Under the pieces are notes generated by a model that was given only the letters and a program-made list of their open reading frames with translations, was not told where the DNA came from and made no database searches. A stretch of 64,000 nucleotides of DNA from the human T2T-CHM13v2.0 reference genome, Homo sapiens, in assembly GCA_009914755.4 (NCBI GenBank), contig CP086569.2:23008001-23072000 (forward strand). Reading direction: 5' to 3'. Shown one piece after another: positions 25,601 through 39,965 of the stretch (position 1 is its first letter; each line of letters opens with the position of its first letter). The position numbers were made by a program, and so were the translations under genes.

Positions 25601-28600
25601 GAAAAAAATCCACAAAACACACTGTACAGTATATATACATAGTTTTCAAATAAAACTATTTAAATGGAGTATCCTGCGTATTGCAGCTTAAGAAAATTAG
25701 AGTAGCTTTTCTCCTCTCATTTTTACAAACAAGTTTTTGTCAGGTACATATTAAAATGCAGCACTTGTCCATGAAGTCAGTGCCCCTTTCACTGTGCATG
25801 TTACAAATTTTACATATTTGAAGTAAGAAAATCTAAAAAGATGTCAGCCTCTGCAAGGAAATTTCACTTGAGTTTTCAACACAATATGTAATAAAATTTT
25901 ATCTTTTTGGCTTATTTATTATCTAAATATAGATTTTTTGTTACCATTTACAGCAAAATGGTAGAAGCAGATAGGCCTGGCAAGCCTTTCATTGGTGGCC
26001 TCCGTTTAGACACCAGTTAAAGACACTTAAAGCAGTATTTGGGAATTATGGTCTCATATTGGAAGGCAACTGTTATATATATATGTGTGTGTGTATATAT
26101 ATGTATCTACATATACATGTTGGTTATATATATTTTTTAAAGTAAATATATACTTAATGTATTTACTGGATATATAAAATATTTATTTGTTTTTAAACTG
26201 TTATTTTTGGATTTCTATTTGATATTGGGAAAATTCTCATAGCAGCAGGTGAAGGGTCTGTGGTAAATGTCACCTACTACTGAAAAATGAAAATGAGCAA
26301 AAGTAAATGTGTTGTGGACGCATGGAACAAATTGGAATAAAATAGGCTGACTATAGAGGTGACTTAGTATTAAAAGAATCATAGTAATGATGTGAAATGC
26401 ATTTTTTGGGTTTGTTAGTACTACAGTGAGTCCATTAGATAAATGTAAAATATTTTCATATATTTTTGTTCTTCTGATAAATGATTGGGAAACCAGCAAG
26501 TTCAGATGCTTTGCATTTATTTTGAGAAAGCTGCAGATGCTAAAAATGTTGTCAAAGATATGAATGGAAATGTTAACAGTTCCTTATTAATAATATCCTA
26601 ACTGTTCTTCACTTAACAGCATTTCAAGGTCTTTTTAGTATTACTAAACTTTTGAAGATAGCATAATGTCATATGATCTGAAATGCTTTAGCTATCCTCT
26701 TCTTTTTGCCATATTAAGTACAAGTGTAGTTGGAAGGATATTGGAATAAACCTTACATAAATTAATATATGGTAATCATATTTGTATGTTAGTATTTCAA
26801 TACAAGTGTAAATAGATTTTCAAAGCTTTCAAGCAGCTTTAAAACTTAGGAGAAACCCTCACAAAAATGAGAGAAATAAGTCAGTATCTATCAAATGCTA
26901 TTAATGGAATTACTTCCAATTCATGGAAATACTTCTATAGCATAGACAAACTATGGGTAGACAGCTAGATAGACTTACAAGATGGGAATCTTCTATAGAG
27001 AGACATCTAGACAGACTCACAAGAAGGAAAGATTTTTTCACATTTTCTGAAAACACATTCTTGAGAAAGTATATTTCAACAAGATCTTTACATTGAGGAA
27101 GTGTTACGTACTTGAAAGTAGAAAATAATATGAGAATATTGAAGTTGAGTAACAGAATGACTGGCATTTTTGCCCCATCCTTGCTCTTTTCCTCCTTAAA
27201 ACATTTTTATCCTGTCACCATAGTGATTTATGTAACATGAGTACCTAATTATTCATTTTTCCAGTGTGTTTGAGCACTTGTGTTGATCCAACTAATGATC
27301 TCTGTCTTACTGAATCTTAAATTCTAGGGATCCTGTGTTTATTACAGCTTTAAACTTTTGTGTCGTTCTATTACCTGCTTAATTCCTTCATATTACCATC
27401 AAAATCATTGCATTCTGGATACTTTGGAATTTTTTTATATAACATTATCCAAATCTCTTTTTAGTTCCCAATACTCTTTATGCTATCACCAATATGCTTT
27501 TTTGGACTTCTCGAGAGTTATTCTTCCCGGCGTACATCTCACAAATAGCAATTCATGCTCCAAAAACAGCTTAGATTTTACATTTTCATCTTCACTGTAT
27601 ATTGTGGGTATTTTGGCCTCACTGTACCATGTATTAATCTGTTGATTGTTAAATTGTCTTTAGTGCATATTTAAGTTTTCCTAGTTGCTTTTGTTTCTGT
27701 TACATCTAGCACATTTCCTGGTATATAGCAGAGGTGCCTTTTTATTCAGGTTATGCTTTCATATTTTAAGTTTTTGGAGAAACTGAAAGTTGCGTTTGGC
27801 TCATGGTTTTGTAGGTGTGGAAATAATTTTGACTTATGTATAATAATCTATGATAATTTCTTTTTCCCCCATAGTTTTCAAGCACAAGAACAGGTGATTT
27901 CTGTGGATGTTACTTCTAAATTACTTCATCCAACATATCTTACTGTGTAAGAATAAATATAAATGTAATATGCACACAAAAGTTAAGAAGGGAAATAAAG
28001 GAAGTACTTAGAGGTTTCAGGGGCAATGAACAGGTTAAGAAAGTTTGGCTGACCTCTGAATAGTAGGAAGGAAGCAGTCATGCACAAACCTGGGAAACAT
28101 GTTTTGGGCCCAGAAATGTGAGTGCAAGAGATCTTGGAAAGGATTTAAGTTCTTCCCCCAAATAACAAAGCAATGTAAGTTTTAAATACAATTTTTGCTG
28201 ACATTTCTTCTAAAATCACCTTTGCCTATAGAAAAGATTAAAGTGAAGAAAGTTATTATGAAATTAATTAGGACATTTAAGCATTTCTGAGAAATAACAT
28301 GAAGTACTATATTAAGAGTCATTTATTAGGGACACTTCTAAGGCAAGATAAGAAATGAGTAAGGCAATCACACCTGTAATCCCAGCACTTTGGGAGGCTG
28401 AAGCAGGTGGATCACAAGGTCAGGAGATCAGTTTAATAACCGGATGTGCAAGTCATTGGATATGCTTTCTCAAGTCGAAATTGCAGTGTTTGCTCCATTT
28501 TAAGGTACATAGCTTCATAGTATTTTTTTCTCAAATTATCTTGAGGGTGAAGATTAATACTACTCTGCCATGTATGAGAATATGCATTTTCTTACCTGTA

Positions 28601-29023
28601 ACACCACCAAGGCATTAGAATATATCTACATTTTTTGTAGATATAAGAAAATATTTTTTATTATTTAATATGCAATTCTTAAAGGTTATTAAAATTGAGC
28701 ATAGACTAAGCTAAAAATTAATACTTCATAATGGATTTTTAGGAATTGTATATTATGATACAAATTTTACAGATAATGTATTTTTCTGAGGTGTCATTTT
28801 TTGATTTTGTAAATAAATGAGTTTCTTTGAATGGAATTTGGTGTACCCTTATGATATGTTTTGAAACACTTTTTTTATAGTAGAATTATATGAACAGTAA
28901 TTTATCATTTTTCTCCAAATATATTTTTTCTTTATGTAGATTGTATTTATATATTTAACTGATAGATTTTTGCTTTCTCTTCACTCTGCATTTATCCCAA
29001 ATCTCTCTGTCACACCAATATAA

Positions 29024-29344
<321 letters not shown>

Positions 29345-29472
29345 TAATTTTTCTTAAAATTCCTGGCAGTATTCTTTGATGGTAGGCTTCGTAATCTAAT
29401 GAATTCTTCCATTACCTAGGTCACTTGGTAGTGGTCCTCCAGTGGGTCAATCTAAAAATTGTTTGTTCAGTT

Positions 29473-29766
29473 TCTTTTTGGGTTGAAGTCTTGCTCTCAC
29501 CAGGCCAGAGTGCATCGATGAGATGACAGCTCACTACGGCCTCAAATTCCTGGGCTCAAGTAATTGTCCTCTTTTAGCCTCCTGCGTTGCTGTGACTACA
29601 GGCATACACCACCACACATAGCTAAATCTGTTTCCCTTTTTTCTATATTTTTGTAGAGACACGATCTCATTGCATTGTCATAGAGGACATTAAAGCCCTG
29701 GGCTCAAGCAGTCCAGCTGCCTCAGCCTTCCACATTGGCTCACAATGTGAGCCACTGCGCCTGGCC
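29473..29766 (-). mobile_element. Old Alu (AluJ-like)
   Basis: ..caccaggccagagtgcatcg..gctcactacggcctcaaattcctgggctcaagtaat..ttgtagagacacgatctcattg..gccctgggctcaagcagtcc..gtgagccactgcgcctggcc. Confidence 0.75.
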
Positions 29767-31329
29767 ATCCAGGTTCTGAGACCTTAGTAATACTTACGTG
29801 CAAGGCATTCTTACTGGTTATGTGAGGATACACAAGAACAAAAGGAGCATTTTGCAGATAAGCAATCACTGGGCTTAAATAATAATGAATAATAAAATTA
29901 AGGCTTGATAGGTAAACTTGAAGGAGTCCAGCATTTTTAAGTTAAGAGCATACCACAAAAGTGCAGAGTTGTGAAATATATGGGGGATGTAAATTAAGAT
30001 ATGGTGTAAATTAATGTATGGAGAGTGTAAATATATGGAGGGGGTGTACAATTGTTAAGATGGTACAGGGATGTTAAAACCTTAACACAAGATACTTAGT
30101 GTAGGACTTCAGTTATTTCAGGAGAGAATTTAGTTCTAAGCAGCATTAGGTGAACAGTAGGATTGAATAGAAGTAATATTTTTGAGAAAGAGAAGTGTGA
30201 GATTTCAGAGTGAACAGAAGAAAACAAGACCATAAAGTAACAGATCTTAGTAAAGAAATTTAAACAGAACAAGTTAAAATCCTTACCTAGCCCTCCATCA
30301 TAATATGGAGGAAATTGAAAACTGCCGTTTTCAATTTTACATTTCTCATGTAGAGTATCAGTGAAGTTAAGTATTTATTGATTTCAGAATACACAAGCCA
30401 GCACATTTCCATTAGAAGACTAGCCAGCAAACACATCATAGGTGAAAGACTGACTTCTATGAATTAGCATGTGAAGAGTATGTCAAAGGAGGAAGTTTTC
30501 TATTTTTGAAAGAGTTACAATATTGTAATTATCCCTTTAAGACTATTGCTAATTGCAGTAAAAATAAATATTGGACATCATTAGAAGAGCTGCACTAGTA
30601 CATTTTAATTTGTCAACATTTAAGATACAGCCAATCACTTAGAGATAAAGGAGCACTTTTATGTAGAATTTTGGCATGCAGTAGTTCAAAGGTAGCAATA
30701 TTGGTGCTTGTGAGATGGATTGAACAACACGGGATAACCTTCTTCAGCTGAGAAAGGACAATATATGTAAACTTTATATTCAGTGGAGAGTTTGATGGTT
30801 TTACAGGTTTTGCCTGTTATCATTAGTAGTCATCAGTAATTCATATAAAAAGAAAAAATAGTAACTAACTGGTTATTAACAATTAAAGTGAACTTTTACC
30901 AAAGAATTAATGTCTGCCTTCAGCTTTGTTAGAAGAACTGGCCTTGTGGAGCCATGGGATTATCCAAAGCCATAAGAAATATTGAAGTTGTCATGAATGT
31001 CTAGTAATTTAGAGAAAGAAGAATGGAGTGATTCAAGAAATAATTTTTAAAAGTTGTTTCAGAGAAGAAAAAATTGTGTTTCAGATTTTGTGTTCTTTAT
31101 ATAATATTTAATTATTTTAACATTAAATGTCCCATGTCATGTGGATGAGAGAATTCTGGAGGTCCTCCACGCAGAGTCAGTCTCTTCCTGGAGAAATGAC
31201 CATGTGTCATTAAGAGATGAGGGTTATGCAACTAAGGATAGGTTAAGAAAAAATGGAAAAATAGTTGACTTCTGTTGTGGTGATGAAATTCACATAACAA
31301 ACTTTAACATTTAAAGGTAAATAGTTAAT

Positions 31330-31945
31330 TGGCATTTAATATATTCTGTGTTGTGCAACAGCTACCTCCAACTAGTTCCAAAACATTTTCATCACTCCAA
31401 ACTACAACTCCACTACCAGTTAAGCAGTTCCTTTCACTTTCTCCCTTCTGTCAGCCACTAGTAAACAACAATCTGTTTTCTGCCTCTGAACTTAGCTGTT
31501 CTGGGCATTTCATGTTAATGGGCCCAAACACCACAGGACATTTTATAACTGTCTCCTTTTGTTTGCATGATGCCATGAAGGTTCATTTACACAAGCTGCT
31601 AACTCATTATTTTGTTTGGGTTGTTTCCACTACCATATTTCCATATATACATATGTGTTTGGGTATACTTATTCAACTCTCGGTATATATGAGTGGAATT
31701 GCTTGGTCCTATGATAACTTTGTTTTCTTGAGGAACAACCACATTTCTCCATAGCAGCTGCATCATTGTCCATTGCAGCTAGCATTGTGTCAGGGTTCCA
31801 AATTATCTACATGCTCTCAAACACTTGATATTTCCTGCTATTTAAAATTTATTTCCATTCCAGTATGTGTGAAGTATGGTATTTCATTTTGGTTTGAAAT
31901 GTATTTTCTGAATAACTGATTATGATTATTTGTTCCATGTGCTTT
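31330..31945 (-). mobile_element. Old L1 (L1M-type) 3' end in antisense orientation
   Basis: Matches the reverse complement of the L1M 3' region (..gagtggaattgcttggtcctatgataactttgttttcttgaggaac..tctccatagcagctgcatcattgtccattgcagctag..). The plus ORF 31329-31754 is paralogous to minus ORF 120-323. Confidence 0.7.
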
Positions 31946-32888
31946 TTCAGCACTGCACTCCAGCCTGGGCAACAAAGCAAAATGGTCTCACAAAATAAAA
32001 AGAAAAAAATAAAGAAAAGAAAAATAGTAGTTATTGCATACAATCCTTGCTTGCAAATCAAAAATTAAAATGTCATTTCTACATCATTACATGAGTACCA
32101 CTAAAACAAAATGTTGATTTTGGAGGGAGAGGTAGATCTTAACTTCCTCCATGAATTTTTTGAGGTATTAAGATGAAAAGGAACTTTTTTCAAAGTAATT
32201 TCATAATTGTTAGTGTTATTTGAAAACTATCTGTTTAGATGATATGGCTGTATTAAAATTTTCAGATTAAAATTATACATGTAATGCCTAATGCCTGATT
32301 TTATTGCTACACATGCTTAAAAGCAAATTAAATAGGAAATTAAACTGTGTTTTTTGTCAAAAATTTTCTTTGTAGCTTTGCATATAAATAGATACAAAAG
32401 TAGGCATAGGTTACATCTCCCTTGCAAGCTGCACACCTTTTCTAATTTGGCTGTGTTTCTCTTTAAAAACTTACAAGCTTTAAAAGTTTGAGAACTCTTC
32501 AGAAAGACTAAAAAACTGTCTGCCTCACCATAAATTGTTTATCATTCAGAGGAATCATGTGGGTCAAAAGAAATAATTAGATATGTTTTATATTAAAGTT
32601 TAAGACATCCATAACATTTTTCTTGAAGCATTCTGTGACTGAAGGGGGATAATGGTGATGAAACATTTTTTTCAACCTAAATAAAAACGGAACCAGCTAC
32701 GTTTCCTAAGTATATAGTTTAATGAAATTAAGTCTTCCTAGTTTTAAATAGTGGAAAATAAGTGTTTTATGTGGGAGGTACTCATGTTAATTATTTCCTA
32801 TAATATTTGACAATGGTTGTTGTAAGTAATGGCTTAGCAATAAGTTCTTGCAAATAGAAATTATCTAGAAGGCTTGGGATTTGATCAG

Positions 32889-33165
32889 GTTTTTTGTTTT
32901 TTGTTTTGGATGGAGTCTAGCTTTTGTTTCCCAAGCTGGGGTGCAGTGCCTGGATCTTGGCTCACTGTGACCACAACTTTCTGGGTTCAAGCTATTCTCC
33001 TGCCTCAGCATCATGAGTAAGTGGGTTTACAGCTGTGTGCTACCAAAGCTGGCTAAATTTTGCATTTTTAGTACAGACAGCTGGCCAGACAAGTCTTAAA
33101 ATCCTGATTCACCCTCCTTGGCCTCCCAAAGTGCTAGGATTACAGGCATGAGCCAACAGGCTCCT
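32889..33165 (-). mobile_element. Alu SINE (diverged)
   Basis: ..cccaagctggggtgcagtgcctggatcttggctcactgtgacc..cctgcctcagcatcatgagtaagtggg..cctcccaaagtgctaggattacaggcatgagcc. Confidence 0.75.
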
Positions 33166-33675
33166 ACTATCAAATTTAAGTGAAGATATGAATAGAAATG
33201 CTTTAAATCTCATGGTTTTTTGGAAAGTGAAGCATATAAAACATGAAACAACATCATAAAGTTTCAGATAGGCAATTGCTTAACAGTTTAATATATCATC
33301 TAATGATAAAACTGGAAAGATTTGGACCCAAATAAGTAAACCAATTAATTTTCCTGAACATACAAGCTAAATAAATGAAATATATGAAGATCCAGAACTT
33401 TACAGTCCATAATTCTTAAAATTAACAGACTAATCTGTAAAGAGGACATATCTTTATGAGAAAATTTTGACAAGATCATAATTTTTATAGGGTAAGGTGG
33501 CAAATAATTTTAAAGTGAGAAGTTACTAACTTTGATTTTTCAAGTGAGTTATTTACGTTATGAAATTGTGTTAACATTCACCTATAATATAGGATTGTGA
33601 GGATTAAGTGAAAAGATACAACTCCCTGGGCTTGTGTATCTTCACAGCAGCAACAGGAGAAATACTGCCTATCCA

Positions 33676-33965
33676 GGTGTGATGGCTTAGGTCTGTAATC
33701 CCAGCATTTTGGGTGGCTGAGGTGGGCATATCGCTTCAACTCAGGAGTTTGAGGCCAGCCTGGGCAACATGGAGAAATCTTGTCTGTATAAAATAGACAA
33801 AAAATTGCTGGATGTGGTAGTGCATCAGTGTAGTCCCAGATCCTTGGGGGCTGAGGCGGGAGGATTGCTTGAGCCCATGAGTTCCAGGCTGCAGTGAGTC
33901 TGTTTACACCACTGCATTTTAGCCTGTGTGACAAAGCGAGACACTGATAAAAAAAATAAAAAAAG
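33676..33965 (+). mobile_element. Alu SINE
   Basis: ggtgtgatggcttaggtctgtaatcccagcattttgggtggctgaggtgggc..gcctgggcaacatggagaaatcttgtctg..gggaggattgcttgagcccatgagttccaggctgcagtgag.., ending in a poly-A. Confidence 0.85.
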
Positions 33966-34371
33966 GAGAAGGTGTCTATGATACTCTGTCCCTAGGCTTT
34001 TTTAACCCGAATTATCTGCATGAAACATTCTGTCATAATGATTAAAAGGTATGGGAAACAGAAGAGTAACCAGCAATATATAATTTATCAATCTTGGAAC
34101 AGGGATTCTGTTTCAGAAGTTAGAATAAATGCTGAAAACCCTTTATGTAACAAGAGCGAAAGCCTTATTGCATCATTTTTCATAGGAACATAATGCTTTT
34201 GAATGAATAATAGGTTAATTTTTTTTTACCATCTTTGTCCACAGGCATTACTATGAGAAAATACCTGGACTTGGTGGTTTATAACAAACCTTTCTTGTAA
34301 TCCCAGAGGCTGAGAAGCCCAAGGTCAAGGCATCAGCAAATACAGTGTTCAGGTAAGGGGTCCCTTCCTGG

Positions 34372-34832
<461 letters not shown>

Positions 34833-35479
34833 CTTCCTGGATTTTAAACAACCCTCTTGCTGAGTCTATACATTATAGAAGTGAGTTGGGAACTCTATAG
34901 CCTTTTAGGAGGTTGCTAATGGCATTTATGAGGGTGCTGCCTTCCTGACCTGATTACTTCCCATCAAAGTCCCTTTTCCCCTTCCAGAGGGAAGCCAATT
35001 GACACTTCCACATGTTCAGCTTAAAGTATTTTTTAGATGGTGGAGTGAGGATAGCAGTGATGATTTAATTAATTCTTTGGTTTGCAGTTTTTAATGCCTC
35101 CAGTGTTGGCATCAGGTATTAAAGGCATGAAAATGATTTTTCAGATTGTTCATATGTAGTCATCCACTTTCAGCTTACAAGGTTTGGGGACAATTGGGCA
35201 GTTTTGGTTTTCAGTGATGCTAAATCATGAAAGGGGGACCCAGTGTTGAAATTTTAGTTTAGAAACTTGTAGCTATACATTGAATGAAATGAGAATTGAA
35301 GTTGTAGACTAATAAAATACGTAAGACAACTCACATGGGGGTGTGTTTTAGTTTTGCATTGAAACAAAATTCTCTCTGAAGTTACTTCTCTTGACTCTTG
35401 TTCACCAGATAAGTCTGGTCTGACTAGATTTGTCCTCATTTTTTACCTAAGTGCATTAAGAACTGTCATTGACCACAAA

Positions 35480-35675
35480 GGTATAATTATAAATTATATG
35501 TAAAAAATTAAATGCATATAAATAAATTTATATAAATATATTTATTTTATTTATATTTTATAAATTTATATTTATATTTAACTTTATATAAATGAATGAT
35601 ATAAATTATAATATAAATAAGTTATCTATTATTTTATATATAATATAAAATTTATTATATATATAATTTATTTTT
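35480..35675. repeat. AT-rich low-complexity / (TATAAA)-like simple repeat
   Basis: ataaatttatataaatatatttattttatttatattttataaatttatatttatattt.., almost entirely A/T. Confidence 0.9.
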
Positions 35676-35951
35676 TAAATTTGAGACAATGTCCAGCTCA
35701 CTGTAGTCTCAAACTCATGGGCCCAAGTGATCCTCCCACCTCATCCTCCTGAGTAGCTGAGACCACAGGTGCAAACCATCATGCTTGGCTAATTTTGTAT
35801 GTTGTTTGTTTGCTTGTTTGATTTTGGAGATGGGGTTTTACCACGTGCCTAGGCTAGCCTTGAACTTCTGGGCTCAAGTGATTCTCCCACCTCTGCCTCT
35901 GAATGTGCTGGGATTACAGGTGTCTTCCACCATGTCTGGCCACAGAGGCCT
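35676..35951 (-). mobile_element. Old Alu
   Basis: ..cagctcactgtagtctcaaactcatgggcccaagtgatcctcccacctcatcctcctgagtagctgagaccacagg..ggggttttaccacgtgcctaggctagccttgaacttctgggctcaagtgattctcccacc. Confidence 0.75.
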
Positions 35952-36486
35952 TTCCAGTTTACTAGGTGAGAACTTTATATAATTAGTTTCAGATTAGAAT
36001 TTTTAAAGCTTTGAGACTAGGAACTAAGCCAGGAACTTGCCACCAGGCTTCCCTTTCAGAACCTATACACTTGGTTGAATACCTTTCCTCTCAAAGTCCC
36101 CAAGTATCGTGAGGTTCCAGAGCTTGCCCAGAAGTGACCTGTCTTTCTCACCTCTTAAGCTAGGAGCTCTAACCAATTACCAGGCTGATGTTCCAAGAGG
36201 GCTGTCTAAGTATTTTCTCCACAGTCAACTTTAGTTCTTAAAGTTGCCTGGTTATCTCTGATTTTCTGCAAATCATTCTTAAATGTATTTGATATTTCAG
36301 ACAAGGCTTTGTAATAAAACCAGGTTCCAATTAGGTTCTGTTGAAAGGAGAATACATTCTTACTACCTCAGAAATGACTCTATTGCCATATAGATATTTA
36401 TAAAATCTTAAATGTCCAGTGAACATAACACAGCTTAACTAGTAAATTAGTAAATCCAAGAGAAGGACACAAATGACAAACGTATT

Positions 36487-36779
36487 CTTTTTTTTTTTTT
36501 GAGACTGAATCTCGCTCCGCCGCCCAGGCTGGACTGCAGTGGCATGATCTTGGCTCACTGCAACCCTTGCCTCCCTGGTTCAAGCAGTTCTCCTGACTTG
36601 GCCTCCTGAGTAGCTGGGATTACAGTTGTGTATCACCATTCCTGGCTAATTTTTGTATTTCTAGTAGAGATGGGGTTTCATAATTTTGTCCAGGCTGGGA
36701 AACTCCTGACCCCAGATGATCCACCTGCCTCGGCCTCCCAAAGTGCTGGGATTAAAGGTATGAGCCATCATGTCTGGCC
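36487..36779 (-). mobile_element. Alu SINE
   Basis: tttttttttttttgagactgaatctcgctccgccgcccaggctggactgcagtggcatgatcttggctcactgcaacc..cctcccaaagtgctgggattaaaggtatgagccatcatgtctggcc. Confidence 0.9.
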
Positions 36780-37894
36780 CACAAATGTCTTTTTATACTT
36801 AATAATAACAACAATTCATAATATGTAGTTGTCTGTATTAAAGAATTTTAAAGTAATCTTAGTTAAATATTTGCATGAGTCATGTGAACTTGAATACATA
36901 TTTCTAGGATTATTAGGAGTATGTAATTCACAATAGTGCTCATTTATCTCTAAGCCAATTTGAATAGCACCTTTTTAAATGATATTAAAAATTAACTTGG
37001 TAATAACATCCAGAGTTAGAAATATATCACACACATAGCATATTTGCATAAAATATAGAGGCAAACATATTTTATAGCTCTCCTAAAATTTAGTTATGAA
37101 TGAGACAATAGAGTAATATAAAACTCACTGGTTATATCCATTTTATGTTGTATCTAAATTGTTCTTCTGGGAAATGAGACAAGGTTGTATAATCAGTAGG
37201 AGATCTAATACCTTTTGTTTGTATTGGTGAAGAAGACTTTTATGATATTATTTTGCCCTAATATTTAATCTGTTGAGCCAGAGGACTACATTTTAGGCAT
37301 AGAATACATCTAGTTGCAGTCTGGGTGTCTCCAAAGGCTGGGTAGATAAAATACTCAATCTCTTCTAATTCATTAGCCATTTTTCATTTCAACTTCAGGC
37401 CAATAACTTTTTGGAGGCTGGGGAAGATACTCAAGTCCCTCAAGAGCCTCTGATTTAGTAGGCCTAAATTTCTGTTGGCTGTACAGAGTTGAAAGGCTGA
37501 AATAGGAAGGGAAAGGTTTGTTTAGGGGTAGGTAGAAGAATGGATTATGAGAGGTTGGAAGGAGGATGTGTCAAAGGATTCAAGGAAGGTAAAGGGAAGA
37601 TTGAAGGTGATGAGAGGAGAAACAAGAAACATGAGTAATAAGAAGGAAGATGTCAAAGAGGCACCAGCATAGGAAGATGTTAAGTTTCTGAAAGATCATT
37701 AAGTTCCAAATTATCCTTGAAAAATGCATGCCAACAACAAGGATGTAGAGTTAGCAAAGCCTAAAGTCCACAAAGGTTCAAGAAGATGGGTTTTAGTTGG
37801 CTATGAGACTTCCATGGGAGAGGCAAGAATCCAAATAAAGAATAGAGAGGTATCAAAGAGATTCAATGGAGATTAGAGATAGAGACAGCAAGAT

Positions 37895-37896
<2 letters not shown>

Positions 37897-37925
<29 letters not shown>

Positions 37926-37926
37926 T
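37897..37926. repeat. (GA)n microsatellite
   Basis: agagagagagagagagagagagagagag. Confidence 0.95.
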
Positions 37927-37939
37927 AGGCAAAGATAGA

Positions 37940-39965
37940 GATAAACTTCCTGACAGTCTGGAAAGATGGGAAAATTCCCATTAAGCAAAAAGATCTCCAA
38001 CATGGGGAATCAGGAAATAATCTCTATTCAGGAAAGAGACTAGAAAAGAGAGAACCCAGCCAATGGCATCGAGGAAAACCCCACTCAGAAAGTAGCAAGG
38101 AAAAAACATCTTTAGCATAGAGAATCAGGGAAAAAATCTTACTTGAGAATAGACACCAAAGAGGACAATTCAAGCCAACAAAGTCAGAGAATGAGCCCCT
38201 CTTGGGAAGAAGGGTATACAACATAGAACCTAAAGGAACAATCTCAAACATGAAGCAAAGCTGACAAAAAAAGAGTTCCAGACGTAGAAATCAGGAAACA
38301 ATTTCCAGTCAGATTAGAGAGAAAGGCAAGAGAGACTTGTAACCCCAGGGAGTCAGGGAATAATCATAAGAAAAACGGTAACCTGGGAAAAGAAAATGTC
38401 ACCCTAGGAGACAGGGAATAATACCCAATAAAGAAAAAGAGTCAGAAATATGAAATTTCCAACTAATTTATCAGGAAATAATCCCCAGAAAATTGGAATA
38501 AACTGTAATAAGGGAAAAAAAGTTAAGAAAAACAAAACAAAATAAGAAAATGTCCATTTCCTGGAGTCAGACAGTAATCCCTAGTAAGGGAAACACTAGG
38601 AGGAAAGTACTTTCTGCACATTCAGAATAAATGCCACTCGGGAAAGACAGAGCCCATAAGAAGGAACTTTTACCTAGGAAAGTTACAATAATCATTATTT
38701 TTTTTAAAGAGCAAGTAGGAAGGATTTTAAATGAAGTCAGAGTATAATCTCCATCAGGAAATAGAGTCAGAAAGAAGAAATTTGAGCCTAAACATCAGAT
38801 AAAAATTTCACATCAGGAAAAAGAGTGAGGGATGACAAACTTCTATCCCAGCGAGCCAGGAAATAATCCTCAATCATGAAAAGACATAGAAAAACAGTCT
38901 TTTATCACAGAGCTCATTTAGTATTTACCTCAGAGAAAAGAACAAAGGAAAAGAAAGAAGTTCAGTCCAAAGATTCAGAGAATAATATTAATTTAGGACA
39001 GAGAACCAAGAAGTGACTTTGAGCTCAGAATCACATGAGAATTATTCTCACTTAGGAGAGAGAGACAATCAAGTAGTCAGAAAATTTTACCCATTAGCAA
39101 AGAGACCAGAAAGAAGAGATATCTAGCCAGAGAGTCAGAAAAGGAAGCTAATAAGTGCCAGCTCAGGTGCCAGGGAATAAATTCCATTTGGTAAGAGAGC
39201 CAGAAGGAATGTCTTTCAAAGCAAGAAGTGAGATAATAAATTTTACTCAAGGAATAGGTCTGGAAAGACATGATGTCCAATCAGGAAAATAATTTCTCTT
39301 ATGAAACAGAGCCAGGAAAAACAGGTTTTTACTCCAGGAGTCAGGAAATTTCTACACAGGAAATAGAGGCAGGATTTTTTTTTTCCTGCTAAGGAAAGAA
39401 GGCCAGAAATTTCCAAACCAGGAGTCCAGGGAAAAGTCTTCAATCAGAAAAACAAGATTAAGAAGAAGATAAGAAGAATTTTCTACCCCAGAAGGTACGG
39501 AATACCTCCCATTGAAGTAAAATAGCCAGAAAAAAGAGTACTAGCCCAGAAATCAGGGAATAATTTCTATTCAGATAAGATATAAACTAAAAAGATACTT
39601 CTATTCCATAAAGCCTGGGATTAATCACTAATAAAACAACAACGAAGAGATATGACATTTAGCACAGAGTCAGAGAATAACCCCTACTAGGTAAGGGCAG
39701 AAAAGGTAGAAGAGACTTTCACTCCAGGAGTCAGGGAACAATTCCTACCAAGAGGTGATAGTGAAAAAAGACACTTTAAGCTCACAGAGTTAGGGAATAA
39801 TCCCTACTGGGAAAACAAAGCAAAACAAAAAACATTTTATCCTATGAAGTAAGAAAATAATTCCCTACTAAGGGATATCAGGAAGTCAGGATTTCCTGAC
39901 TTAAGCCCAGTGAGGCAGAAAATAATTTCTACTAGCAGGAGAGTCAGGAAGAATAGATATCCAAC
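37940..39965. repeat. Array of ~58-bp tandem repeats (minisatellite-like, ~30-35 diverged units, purine-rich on the plus strand)
   Basis: Recurring unit ..agtcagggaataat(t/c)cctac(t/c)a(a/g)gg..aga..cag(a/g)aag.agag...ttt....cc.ggag.. Landmarks gggaataat / ggaaataat / gagaataat recur every ~57-60 bp, e.g. at 38355, 38415, 38475, 38570, 38860, 38975, 39170, 39225, 39285, 39555, 39615, 39670, 39730, 39795, 39850 and 39915. Confidence 0.85.

Noticed and set aside
37940-39965. Possible CRISPR-like array (regular ~58-bp repeats) or, likewise, the ~40-bp LTR12 repeats at 46880-47500
   Set aside because: The sequence context is clearly human: Alu, L1, spliced RBMY exons. The units are contiguous and diverged, with no unique spacers between identical repeats. 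These are a eukaryotic minisatellite and LTR U3 repeats.
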